Positions 45,695-57,581 are shown, numbered from the stretch's first letter. The stretch is DNA of 64,000 bases from Diplonema japonicum (GCA_964019335.1 OZ025659.1:310001-374000), one strand, 5' to 3'. Program-made: numbers and translations. Notes: generated from the letters alone by a model not told the origin.

Positions 45695-48661
45695 ATGCCA
45701 CGGGACGATGAGTCAGAGGAGTCCATAAAATTGGATGACCTTTCGGACCACTTGAGTGAGGAAGACGAGAGCGAAGGGGAGGACGGGGTAGAGGAGGTGG
45801 AGGAAGATGAAGAACATGAGCAGCTCCACCCTGACGCCCACATAAACTACAGAGAGAACTTCGTCGATGAAGTTATAGGGCAGTACGTCGGTAGGGATGA
45901 TGAAAGCGAGTCGGCAGCTACTGCTAGCGAGTCCTACCGCGCACCCACACCAGGCGACTGGGCCGGCTACAATGCAGACCGTGACCGTGCTGCCCTCGGC
46001 CTCTATCCGACCATTTCGGACCCGAAGCTCTTCATGCTGCGCGTCAAATCAGGCTTCGCACGTACCATCTGCACACAGATCATGTACAAATGCCTCCACA
46101 GATCCAGCAAGGGTACTGATATGATGATCAAGTCGGTCTTCTGCCGCGACCACCTGTCGGAGTACATCTACATCGAGGCGCATCGGCAGGCGCACGTTCT
46201 GAACGTGATCTCCGGCCTGCAGGGTGCGTGGAGGAAGATCAAGCTCATCCCCGTGTCGGAGATGCCCTCCACCTTGGCCGCCACGCGCACCACCTCCGAC
46301 GTGAAGCCCATGTCATGGGGCAGGTTTAGGTACGGGCTGCACAAGGGGGACCTGTGCAGGATTATCGAAATCGACGACGTGAAACAGGCATATGTCCTCC
46401 ACGTGATCCCCAGAGTTGACTACGACAAGCTTTTTGATGCTGACTCAACGACTACAAACGAGGGCGGCTTCAGGGTGCAGAAGCTGAAGAGCAGGACGAG
46501 GCCTATGCAGAGGTTCTTCACTGATACGTACTTTGGAAAGACACAGGTGGGCAAGAGTTACAACGGGTCTCTGGAAGAGTACAGCTCGAAAAGCAACGAG
46601 AAGGTTGTCAGAGTGGCTGGCAAGACCTTCACCACCACTGGGCACGAGGTGAAGGTGGTGCGGCAAAACGCCATCAACACTGACAAGCATCTCGTGAACT
46701 TGACAACCGACGAGCACCTTAGGTTCGATCTTGGGAGGGTGCCATCGACAAAGCAGGACTTCCTGCGTCTGAAAGAGATCCGCCAGGTAGACTTGCAGGT
46801 GGGGGACAACGTGAGGGTGACCTCTGGTGAGTTGAAGAACACAACGGGTGTGGTAAGGGAGATCTTCCAGGACGCAACGGGTACCAAGTACAGCGTGCAG
46901 CCTACGAACAACGTGCATCTTAGGGAGGTGATTCCCTTCACGAAGGACAACATCGAAAAGATCATCGCAGAGGGGACACACGTGAAAGTAGTGACAGGTG
47001 GGCACAAGGGCGAGTCGGGGATGGTGGTCAAGGTGCGAGATGGCATGGTGAGCATTTTCTCCTCACGCTCGCGTGACGAGTTCACGGTCTTCATGTCGGA
47101 CGTGATCGAGACAGACGAGGTCTCCAGGGGTGTGCCTAAGTACGGGCAGTTCGAGGTCTTCGAACTGGTGAAGTTGCGCGGATCGGACTTTGGGATGATC
47201 ACAAAGATCGAGAACAGGCATTTCACCATCCTCACCAACCTTGGGAGGAACATAGATGCTTCGCACGCAGAGATACAAGAGGTGCTGTGCAGCACCCAGC
47301 AGTCCAACACACGCAAAGGAAAAAGGCAGTCTGCGCTTGACAGGTTCGGGAACGAGATCATGCAGGGCGATATGGTGAAGGTGATCAGCGACAAGTCCCT
47401 CTGGGAGGGCAAGCAGGCTGTCATCAAGCACGTGTACATGGACTCCGTGTGGCTGGAGTCGCACGACGTGAAGCTCAACATGGGTTTCTTCGTGATGACA
47501 CGTCAGGATGTGTGGCAGGTGGGCGGTGACAAGAGACCGCAAGAGGTGGAGTACATGGTGCCCGAGACCGGGAAAGCAGCAGAGGCCGCCAAGAAGCTGG
47601 AAGAAGACAAAAACAAAAAGAAGCAAAGGGAGAAGAGAACGCGCGACACTGCAACCTTTGTGGGGAAAAGGGTGCGTATTATCGCAGGTTACCACAAGAG
47701 TTATCTGGGCATCATCACTGGTGTGCACGGTGTGACGGCAAGGGTTGAGCTGCACACGGGAGAGCTGAACGTGACAGTGCCGCTGGAGCACATCAAAGAG
47801 ATCGGTTTCGAGGACTCCTTAGCAACAGAGCAACAAGTGCTGTCGCGCCCGAAGCAGGCGAAGAAGGCCACCGACGTCATGCCAGCTCCGGGACAGTTTG
47901 CGCAGGCGAATCTTGATGACACGGCTAGCGATGTTGGTACAGAGGCTGAGTGGGCGTCAGCATACTCTGCGTTCAGTGATTTACAGTCGCGAGCCTCGTC
48001 GACAGCCTCCTCACGTGTTCTGGGCGAGAGAGGGTCATCTGTTGCGTCATCTAGTGGGAGGAAGAGACCGAGCAGGAGGCTGGGCGGTGTCAAGTCTGAG
48101 GTCGTATCCACCGTTAGCTCAGCAATCGGCCTCGTGCCTATCACATCAGCAGCAGAACCACTGCCCATAGACAATGGTGAATGGTGGATGATACCAAGAG
48201 CCATCGGCATAATCAAGGTGTGAGCCGGTGCCGGGAAATACAAATATTAATAACTCTACAGGACGGCGGAGCTCTCGATGGTGAGGAGGTTCTTATCCTT
48301 CGACCGTCGCACATTGACCTTGACAGCATTGTGGTGAAGGTGCTCTCTTCCTCCACAGACAGGGAAGTACCTTGTGCGAAGCTTGCTGTCAAGGTATGCA
48401 GGGAAAGCAGCAAAATAATATCACCCAGATCGACATTGAGGAAGGCTCTAAGGTGGCTATCGTGAACAAGCCTGGTGAACCGCCTGTTAAAGCCTTTATT
48501 GGTATGATGCTTTTTTTCTTACTATTTTTTTCCCTCTTTTTTTTTTTTACCACAACGCAGGCATGTACCACGGCCCTTCGATGGACGGTGCTTTTGTTAA
48601 GAACAATGCAACGGAGCAAATCAGCTCGTGCGACATCAACAGGATGGTGCAGCTGGGGTGA
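45695..48661 (+). CDS. SPT5: Transcription elongation factor SPT5 (introns 48218-48261, 48394-48428, 48502-48560)
   Basis: Acidic N-terminus, NGN domain (PTISDPKLF...YIYIEA), and KOW motifs (VGDNVRVTSGE, GTHVKVVTGGHKGESG, GKRVRIIAGYHKSYLG). Splicing adds KOW6/7-like exons to TGA 48661. Confidence 0.95.
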
Positions 48662-48798
48662 GATCACACAGAGTGTCCCTTGCCGAAGGAAATTTGTTTT
48701 CTATTTTTCTTTATACTAAATAACCCTTTTCGTATCTTGATACGAGTGTAAGCCCTGCAGTGGAGGACACATATAAACCTATACCAACACACCACAAC

Positions 48799-49684
48799 AT
48801 GACACACGACATGACACCGTCCAGCGCCTTAAGGGTATGCCCGACAAGCAATATTATGACAAACACAGTTGATGTCAACTCAAGGTGGCGAATTCTGGAA
48901 ATACCATTACAGGCAGCACGCGAGGCCTGCAAGGGTGCATGTGCAGCTCCTGATCAACCAGACGGACCCCTCAAAAGATGCTATCGTTTGGAAGGACATT
49001 GGTGATAGGTGTGTGAAGGGGATGAAGTGCACACACCACAGAGACTGGTACGCGTCCATGAGCATCACCGACATGCTGGGCATCAACAAGGGCCCCGTCA
49101 CGAAAACCTTCAGTGACAACAAGGAGTTTGTGATTAACCCTGACATGTGCCTTAGTCTGTATGTCAAGCTGGAATGAAAACACAAATACCGTCACAGGCA
49201 AAGCCGGGGAAGAACACTCGATCTGGAAGCCGTGCACCCTGAGGATTTCAAAGTCTGGTACCAAGGCCTCTCTCACCTAGTTGACCCCAGTAGGAGGGGC
49301 CTCGAGGTTAAATCTGCCTCAGGTAGGACCGGTTTGCTTTCTGAGCTGGAAATGCACCTCGAGAGAGGCTACGCCCCAGGTGACGGGTACGAGGGCGTTG
49401 CCGAGTGGGTGGCACTAAAGAGACAGAGCGGGTTAACGGGTAACAAGCTTGGGCCCACGGCAGAGCAGGCCCCCCCGCCCGTTGATGTTGATCAAATGTT
49501 CGCTGCCGGCGCTTATCGCCAGGAGATCCTTTCGTCCCCTGGAAACTCCCCCCCTCCATCTTATCCCGTCCCTCAGAGACACACCTCAGAAACCCCCCAC
49601 CGCGCCACCAGCCAAGAGTACAGCGCGGGTTACAACGAAGGCCTCCGTGTCGCAGCCTTGATGGCTAAACAGAACTCGCCTTGA
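48799..49684 (+). CDS. PH-domain protein (PLC/Mcp5-type PH) (introns 48835-48868, 49159-49197)
   Basis: Spliced GGEFWKY...P, I..G..T..F and CLSL|QSRGRTLDLEA...F..WYQGL. Confidence 0.8.
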
Positions 49685-49845
49685 GTCATTCCACTCTTTC
49701 TAGTTGTAGTTTGTATTTACCCTACTCGTTGTACCTGTTCCCTCCTTCTCTATGTTCTGTGTTTTGCTTCCAGTTGGCTTTTTTATTCATTAGTTTCCTG
49801 CTGTTTTCTTGCTACTTTCAGCTCTAGTTATACACTCCTACCAAA

Positions 49846-50816
49846 ATGGCATTCTTCCTTGATGTTGGCACTGACCTCTTCGGTTTGAAGCAGAACACCA
49901 GACTCGAGTTCCCTGGTACCCCCACCATGTCTGAGCTCATCATTGCCAGCGAGGCCCACTTCGACAAGGAGCAGCGCCTGCGCCGCCCTGCTGGTGTCCC
50001 TGATGTGGCCTTCAAGGTGCAGACCATGCAGGTGTACGATGATGTGCTGCTGAGGTGGGTCGACCTCTACAGCTCCACCCAGCTCCGCAATGGTGGCCAG
50101 GTTTGTCTGCTGTACACGATAAAAATCTGCAACCTTTAACCAACAGGTGTGGTGCTTCCAGCCCGAGTCGTTGAGCCACAGCGAAGCCCCTGGTTCCATC
50201 CCCCCTGCCAAGTACTCCCCTGAGTCCTGGTTGGGATCGCCCGCCCGTGCCCGTGCCGTGACTGAGGCTGGTATTCGCGACCCTGTTGCATCAGAGAAGT
50301 TGCGCAGCGTATTCTACAACATTGACACTGACCGCAACGTATGGCAGCAAAGCAACTCAAAATATAACACCCCACAGAGGTACATCACCTACGACAGCCT
50401 CCGCAACTACTTCGGCAAGTACGACATCCCGTACACATCTGCCTACATCGGTGACTACTACTCCCGCACCGGCACCATGAGGTATCGTGATTAGTCAAAA
50501 ATAAAGTACAATAGCCAACCAAACACATCACAGCTACGATGACTGGGTGCGTTTCGCCGCGCAGTACCCCTCTGTGGTGGACAGCTTGTACTACAGGCCC
50601 CGTGGCTCGTACCTGGACTCGACCTACTACTCCACGGCACTTGCTGAGGCTGAGCTTGCTACTTCGCGTGCCAAGCGTGAGTCTGAGATCCGTGGGTACT
50701 ACAGCACTTACAACGCCGAGCGTGCCAGGCTTGATGCTGAGTACGCCTCGCGCCAGGCAGCAAGGGACAGCGCCTTGTACTACCGCCCCTACAGCCCCAG
50801 GTACGGGTACTTGTAA
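49846..50816 (+). CDS. BILBO1: BILBO1-family protein (BILBO1_N + EF-hand region + short coil), copy 1 (introns 50101-50146, 50339-50377, 50482-50533)
   Basis: MAFFLDVGTDLFGLKQN..LEFP..PTMSEL...RRP...YDD.L.RWVDL...Q|VWCFQP resembles the T. brucei BILBO1 NTD. EF-hand DTDRN|RYITY, then YPSVVDSLYYR. Confidence 0.88.
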
Positions 50817-51049
50817 GCTGGATACGTTCGTAGTTTTCTTTTAGTTTTACAATTGGCTTAGCTGTTGGTTTCCCCTCCCCTCCCCTTTTTTTTTACTTGT
50901 TGTAACCCTCACCTCCCCCCCGTTCCTCTCTAGTTGTTCACTCTCAAACTTCTCTAATATAAAGTCTGGGATGTGCTTTACTTGCTTGCTTTGCCTATTT
51001 ACTAGCTTAGCTGTCTGATTTAGGTGACTACCTTCCTAACTCCACGAAA

Positions 51050-52020
51050 ATGGCATTCTTCCTTGATGTTGGCACTGACCTCTTCGGTTTGAAGCAGAAC
51101 ACCAGACTCGAGTTCCCTGGTACCCCCACCATGTCTGAGCTCATCATTGCCAGCGAGGCCCACTTCGACAAGGAGCAGCGCCTGCGCCGCCCTGCTGGTG
51201 TCCCTGATGTGGCCTTCAAGGTGCAGACCATGCAGGTGTACGATGATGTGCTGCTGAGGTGGGTCGACCTCTACAGCTCCACCCAGCTCCGCAATGGTGG
51301 CCAGGTTTGTCTGCTGTACACGATAAAAATCTGCAACCTTTAACCAACAGGTGTGGTGCTTCCAGCCCGAGTCGTTGAGCCACAGCGAAGCCCCTGGTTC
51401 CATCCCCCCTGCCAAGTACTCCCCTGAGTCCTGGTTGGGATCGCCCGCCCGTGCCCGTGCCGTGACTGAGGCTGGTATTCGCGACCCTGTTGCATCAGAG
51501 AAGTTGCGCAGCGTATTCTACAACATTGACACTGACCGCAACGTATGGCAGCAAAGCAACTCAAAATATAACACCCCACAGAGGTACATCACCTACGACA
51601 GCCTCCGCAACTACTTCGGCAAGTACGACATCCCGTACACATCTGCCTACATCGGTGACTACTACTCCCGCACCGGCACCATGAGGTATCGTGATTAGTT
51701 AAAAATAAAGTACAATAGCCAACCAAACACATCACAGCTACGATGACTGGGTGCGTTTCGCCGCGCAGTACCCCTCTGTGGTGGACAGCTTGTACTACAG
51801 GCCCCGTGGCTCGTACCTGGACTCGACCTACTACTCCACGGCACTTGCTGAGGCTGAGCTTGCTACTTCGCGTGCCAAGCGTGAGTCTGAGATCCGTGGG
51901 TACTACAGCACTTACAACGCCGAGCGTGCCAGGCTTGATGCTGAGTACGCCTCGCGCCAGGCAGCAAGGGACAGCGCCTTGTACTACCGCCCCTACAGCC
52001 CCAGGTACGGGTACTTGTAG
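51050..52020 (+). CDS. BILBO1: BILBO1-family protein, copy 2 (introns 51305-51350, 51543-51581, 51686-51737)
   Basis: Tandem copy at offset 1204, essentially identical to copy 1 from ATG to stop. Confidence 0.88.
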
Positions 52021-52794
52021 ATGTGAGGTTGGCCATGAATTGAAATAAGAATCACATTATTTGAAAATGAAATAGAGAAATGAGGAAAAAAAAAAGTGTC
52101 CTTCAGCGAGGCATGTGCTTCGGTGCGAGGGTATTTAAATTGTTTGTAAGCCCTTCATTCCCCCCAAAGAGAGTATATTAACCGTTTCATAAGAAAAAAA
52201 AAGGAGAAAAAAAAAAAAAAAAAAAAAAAACCATACGCACGAGGCTCAAGATTGTTGCACTGGCTATTACCACCAGGATCTCACCCTCTGCTGCTTCCAT
52301 TATGTCCCCTTTCCCTTAGTTTCTTTTTTTTTTCCCCAGCTGTGCAAAAGAAAAAAAAAAATATGCTCCTGTCTTATAAGAGTAAAGGTTTTAAGACCTT
52401 TGTTCATGACTATCCCATGTTCCCCCAATAAAAAAAAGAAGAAGAAGTGCACAGTATTTATCTCTGTCCCCTAATATTTGTTGTGACTGTAATTGTGTTC
52501 CTCCCCCTCTCCTCACCCCTTACCAGTGTTTTTTTTTTCCCCCCCCTTTTTTTTTCGATCCTCTTTTTTTATTGTTTCAAAATATGAAAATATAAATAAA
52601 GAGGAGAGAGAGAAAAAACACAAAATAAAAAAAGAAAGGAAAAAAAAAAAAGAAAAAAAAAAACACGCCTTGCCGCTCTCTTTTTTTTTTAAACCCCGAA
52701 TATATATTCCCCCCACCCACCCATTCCCTATTCTTTTTTATTTTTGAAAAATAGTCTTTCACGCATTGCCACCTAGTATCCATTGCGTCATGCA

Positions 52795-55524
52795 ATGCAC
52801 CGGAACGATGAACTAAAGAAATGGTGTAAGAAGCTGCCTGCAGGAAGGCGTATTTACCTGCCGAGTTCAAAATTGAAAGGGAAGCGTGATTGCGCAAAGC
52901 GGAAGCTGCGTGCAGAGGCGATGGAACACGCAGCAACAACACCCGAGGGGCCCGTACCATACACGACAGAAGACCCCAGTTTAATGTCGTTGAGCTCGTT
53001 CGTTAAGTACCAAGACAAGAACAGAACACACTACCCCAAGACCCCTGAAAACCTTTGCAGTCAGTACTGGTCGGCACGGCCCAGCAAGGTCTCCAACGAT
53101 GAGCGAACAGAGATCACTGTTAAACGCCGTTTGGAGTACTTAGAAGAGCTCTGGGAGTTCCTTGATGTTCCTCAAGAAAACCAAAGCGACTTCATGCGCA
53201 GCTTTCGAGCATACCATTCAAAAGGCACTGCGGGTTCTGAGTCGCACTACTATCAAAGCAGGCTTCTTGACAGCGAGATCTCAGTCCTTGCGGGGCATAA
53301 GACAAAAACAGCAATCTCCCTCCGCGCGATAAAGCTACGGGAGCAGTTGATCACCGATCTGCGTGACTTCTCCGATGCATTCAGCAAGCATAGGCGCTTC
53401 TACCGTGCATCTGTGGTCAAGCGTGAGCTTGAGAAGCATCTCACTCGCATAGGTGAAGCGACTGAAGCTGTTGTGAACGCGCTCTCAGACTGGCAGTCCG
53501 AGATGGGCAGCCGTCCGCAGGTCTTCCACTACCAAGGCACCAACTACCTGCAAGCCATGCGCACCGACCTTGCCTTCCTTGAGACATCACCCCTGCGTTC
53601 CTTCCTCACTATTGACCCTCGTGACAACCCCCTCCTCCTCACCACCGACCCCCCGCCGTACACGCCCCAAGTTGCTAGTAGGCTGTACGAAACTCAACTC
53701 TTTTACTCCCGTCTTGCCTCGCCGCTTCCTTCATCGGAGATATCCAGCGACGAGTACTATAGAAACTGCACCGCCTTCCAAGTGAAGGTGAAAACCTCCA
53801 ACAAAGACAACGACGAGTGCTTTCAAACAGCGTGGGGCACGTGTAGGAAAGACAAGGCTGATTCAATCACGCAATTGGATAAGCTTTTGGTGTTGGACTC
53901 CGAGGTGGAGGCGGGGAGCAAGGAGAGACTGAGATACCCCAGCATCCTGCTGAGCACGAGGAAACAGCGGACGTGGCGCGTGCTTCGGTCAATTTTTATC
54001 GTGTGGAAAGCACATAGGATACTGAAGAGAAGGGTCATGGAGCGCAAAGCGGCAACGAGAATACAGCAGTTCTACAAAAGAAGTCTAGCTGCAAGGATGC
54101 TGTTGCAGCTGCGGAGGGAGCGTGGCGCGAGTATTGTGATCCAGAAATGGATCCGTGGTGTGTTGGTGCGGATAAAGTTTGTCGCAAGCTACGAGAGGTT
54201 CTCGGCAGCACGGTGCATCCAATGCAACTGGAGGAGGGTGATGGCCATACGACTTGTGCGACGGCTCGCAAGGGAGATGCGGGCAACTATCATCATGCAG
54301 AGATTCTGGAGGAAGACACTGGTCATCATCAAATTGAGGATACTACTTGTACGCCACCGCGCCATGCAACTCATCCAGCGCAACACACGGAGGTTCCTTG
54401 CTGTGAAAGAAGTCGCATGGAGAAAGCGTGTCCTTGCCAGCACATTGCTGATACAACGGAACTTCAAATGCCTCATTGCGAGACAGGAGCTACGGCGCTT
54501 GAAGGTCCAACACAAAGCATCAATGCAGATCCAGAAGCACTGGCGGGGCTGCTTAGGCAGGAAGGAAGCGGTGATTCGCCTCTTGAATTACATAGCTGCG
54601 TGTTCTATACAGCAGACGTGGAGGTGCCACCATGCAAAGCACGTGCTTGTAAGGAAACGCAAGGAGCGCAAAGCGTCGATCATCATTCAGCTGGCGTGGC
54701 GGATGTACAGCAGCAAAAAAAGAGCAGCGCGACTTTCGGCTGAGCAGTGTGCAGCTTTGCGCAACTTCGTGCAGCGCTCGCGGGACATCGAAACGCACAG
54801 GGCAGCTCTGCTGATCCAGATATATTGGAGACGCGGCAGGTACCGCGACGCGATCTTGGAGATGATCAAGAGGAAGAAGGCGGACATGGCAGCCTTCCTT
54901 GCATCGCAGAGGGAGGAGAGGGCAAGATTTCTGCAACCGTTCTTGAGGAAATTCATTTCCAGAGTGCGGATGGAAAGGTTCAGAAGGATCCAGACGGCGA
55001 CACACAAGATACAATGCGTCTTCAGAACTGTGCTGGCGAGGCTGCATGTAAGAAAGACGCGCGCGGCCCACATGATACAAAGGTGTTGGGCAGAGTACTG
55101 TAGGAGGGTCATAGCCAAAGCGGTGATAGCAGGGCAGAGGGGCGTGTGGAGGAAGAAGATGCTCTTTAAGGAGAAAGTTGAGATAGTAGTGAGAATCCAA
55201 GCTGTATGGAGGGGGCACATGTGTCGCATGTGGGTGCACGATGTCATGGCCGAGAGGTGCAAGAACAGAGACATCCTCGTTGCGCACCAGGAAGTTGTGG
55301 GCGCCTGTGTTGCGATTCAATCTGCTTTCAGAGGCCACCTGTGCAAGAGGTTGTTCTTCCGCCTGAAGACCGCACGCGACGACCTCGTGGCGTCCAAGAT
55401 CCAAGCACTGTGGCGGGGCCTCGAAGACAGGCGGTACACAGCAACGCTGAGGAAGGCTTGCTTCAAACGCGACACAGCAGCAGCGCTGAAAATACAAGCA
55501 CTTTGGAGGTGCTACGCGGAGTAG
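52795..55524 (+). CDS. Multi-IQ-motif calmodulin-binding protein (ASPM-like IQ array)
   Basis: Many IQ motifs (IQKWIRG, IQKHWRG, IQAVWRG, IQSAFRG, IQALWRG) after a helical N-terminal domain. Confidence 0.85.
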   Translation: MHRNDELKKWCKKLPAGRRIYLPSSKLKGKRDCAKRKLRAEAMEHAATTPEGPVPYTTEDPSLMSLSSFVKYQDKNRTHYPKTPENLCSQYWSARPSKVSNDERTEITVKRRLEYLEELWEFLDVPQENQSDFMRSFRAYHSKGTAGSESHYYQSRLLDSEISVLAGHKTKTAISLRAIKLREQLITDLRDFSDAFSKHRRFYRASVVKRELEKHLTRIGEATEAVVNALSDWQSEMGSRPQVFHYQGTNYLQAMRTDLAFLETSPLRSFLTIDPRDNPLLLTTDPPPYTPQVASRLYETQLFYSRLASPLPSSEISSDEYYRNCTAFQVKVKTSNKDNDECFQTAWGTCRKDKADSITQLDKLLVLDSEVEAGSKERLRYPSILLSTRKQRTWRVLRSIFIVWKAHRILKRRVMERKAATRIQQFYKRSLAARMLLQLRRERGASIVIQKWIRGVLVRIKFVASYERFSAARCIQCNWRRVMAIRLVRRLAREMRATIIMQRFWRKTLVIIKLRILLVRHRAMQLIQRNTRRFLAVKEVAWRKRVLASTLLIQRNFKCLIARQELRRLKVQHKASMQIQKHWRGCLGRKEAVIRLLNYIAACSIQQTWRCHHAKHVLVRKRKERKASIIIQLAWRMYSSKKRAARLSAEQCAALRNFVQRSRDIETHRAALLIQIYWRRGRYRDAILEMIKRKKADMAAFLASQREERARFLQPFLRKFISRVRMERFRRIQTATHKIQCVFRTVLARLHVRKTRAAHMIQRCWAEYCRRVIAKAVIAGQRGVWRKKMLFKEKVEIVVRIQAVWRGHMCRMWVHDVMAERCKNRDILVAHQEVVGACVAIQSAFRGHLCKRLFFRLKTARDDLVASKIQALWRGLEDRRYTATLRKACFKRDTAAALKIQALWRCYAE

Positions 55525-55654
55525 AGCGACTACCATTTACACATCTATTATACGTTAGTTATTTCATTTTCCCCCCCGGCTACCTTTTTTTTTCTTTTTG
55601 CCCTGTCCCCCTTTAATTTCAAACACAAAAGGCAGGGTAGGGTCTGCATGCACG

Positions 55655-57581
55655 ATGCGTGCTGCGCTGACTATCCTACTGCTGCTGCTGCTGCCGAGTG
55701 CTGAATGCCGGGTCTGCCAGAACTACGATGCAGTGAGCTGGCTGGATATGTTTGGGTGGGTGTCTGCGGGGAAGTCACCTCGGTGGGAAGTGACAGAGGG
55801 CGGGCGCACGGTGACTCAATACATCAACTCCCCTTACCCTGGTTTTTATGTGTCTGATAAGGACGACCTCATCAATGTGGTGCTGTCGGGGACGATTGCA
55901 GTGCTGACGGAAATCGACGACGACGACATGATAGGGATAGCGATGGGCTACCATGCCCCAATGCCGGGAAACCTCTCGGTGTTTGATAACCTGTTGTTCT
56001 CGTGGGGTGGCCACGGAGGGATGTTCTCCCCACACGACTCTGCCACCATCCAGCGCCTCGACGGTGTCGTTGATTTTGATTACTCCGACGGCGGGCACGG
56101 CAGAGGCACTGAGGGGACCTGCTTCTTCTCCCGTAACCCTGACCCCACCATTACCTCTAAGCTCGGCTGCTTTACTCCCCTACCCGCCACGGACATCACA
56201 GGCGGCTGGGAACCCAATCAAGTCTACACATTTTCGGTTCTCTTCACAGAAGAAGTCTTCTACGTCAATGTCGACGGGCAACGCAAGGTGTCCATCACCA
56301 AGGCAGAGCTCTTCAAGTGGTGCGATGACAAGCTGACTAACCCCGAGGACAAGAAGAAGTGCAAGTCCTGGAAAAAGGGCAAAATGGCCTTTTATAACTA
56401 TTCGCAAAACGGGGTGCGCTACGGAAACGTGAAGATCTTCAATGTGAACGCCACTGCAGCGGGAAGCGCCCCCCACGCGGGCAATGATATTTACACTGTT
56501 TCCAGAACAGCTAACCAGCAGGGTTTTGAGACACTGAACGTCCCGACCCACGAAGGCCTGCTGGTCAACGACTACAGCCCTGACCTTGACAAGCTCGTCA
56601 TACTGGTTAACGGCACTGAGGTGCGCACCAATCAGGACATAGAGACGACCGAAGGTGGCATGGTTACCTTGATGCCGAATGGCGCACTCACTTACCAAGC
56701 ACCAGACACAGCCTCCGTCACGGACACCTTCACGTACGCCGTGCGAGTTTCTCCCGACCGGGATAGTACCCCGGCCACAGTGACGTTCTCACTCCCCCCG
56801 CCCACCAGTCAGTTGTCAGGCTTTTCTCTATTGTGGAACGAGGAGCACAGCACCGACGTCGCATGGTACAGAGGACTGCAGGTGGGGACCATATTTGGAA
56901 CTGTGGAGGCAGAGGGTGGATGCGGGCTGATTGCTGATTGGAAGCTCCTGAGTGGTGGAGAGCAAGGCAGGTTCACGCTCGTAGCTAACCCGCAGCACGG
57001 GGCGTCTGTGTCTGTGGCCGATCCGACAAGAGTGAAGCTCGTGGAGCAAGAGCAGGTGTTTACGTTAGAGGCAGAGGCAACAGATGTGTTCAAGCAGACA
57101 GCTACTGTCACTATTCGCATCACGATCCCTTCATCGGGGTGTGCTCAGTGCCCCGTGCACTCTACATGCACAGTTAGTTACGAGTGCGTGTGTGACGAAG
57201 ATTACGCCCCACCGGAGTGCACCACGTACTGCCCCGGTGGCGACTGCAACAATACAACCATGTCCCCTCCCGTGCCCACGGGCGGCGAAACGGTTTGTAC
57301 ACACTATTATTCCACATTTGTTTACACACAGGATTCATGCGGTTCGTTCCTCGTCAACGGTGACTGCATTGGCTGGCTTATCATTCTTCTCATTGTTTTT
57401 ATGGTGCTTCTATGCATTGTCTTTGCATGGGCGTACATGCACAGAGGACGCAAAACAGTGAGCAAGAAAAAAGGAGCAAAGTTGAAGAGTTACGAGGTAT
57501 TGTAAAGAAAGGGACGGCACAAACAAACCACTGCACACACAGATCGATCAACGCATGTTGGAAGACGAAACCCTTGAGTAG
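55655..57581 (+). CDS. Type I surface protein: thrombospondin C-terminal-like lectin + cadherin-like/Ig + cadherin + EGF-like + TM (introns 57293-57331, 57497-57542)
   Basis: Signal peptide. WEVTEGGRTVTQYINS..G...GTI....DDDDMIG..MGY (TSP_C). AP.AGND.Y...GLLVND...DTFTY (cadherin-like). FTLEAEATD...TATVTIRI, then CVCDEDYAPPEC and a TM. Confidence 0.78.

Noticed and set aside
18426-48661. Functional clustering of transcription genes (cyclin L, CID, SPT5) or ciliary genes
   Set aside because: They are interspersed with unrelated genes, as expected by chance in polycistronic clusters.
16728-49232. Apparent frameshifts, stop readthrough or pseudogenes in split ORFs
   Set aside because: All are resolved by canonical small GT-AG introns under the standard code.
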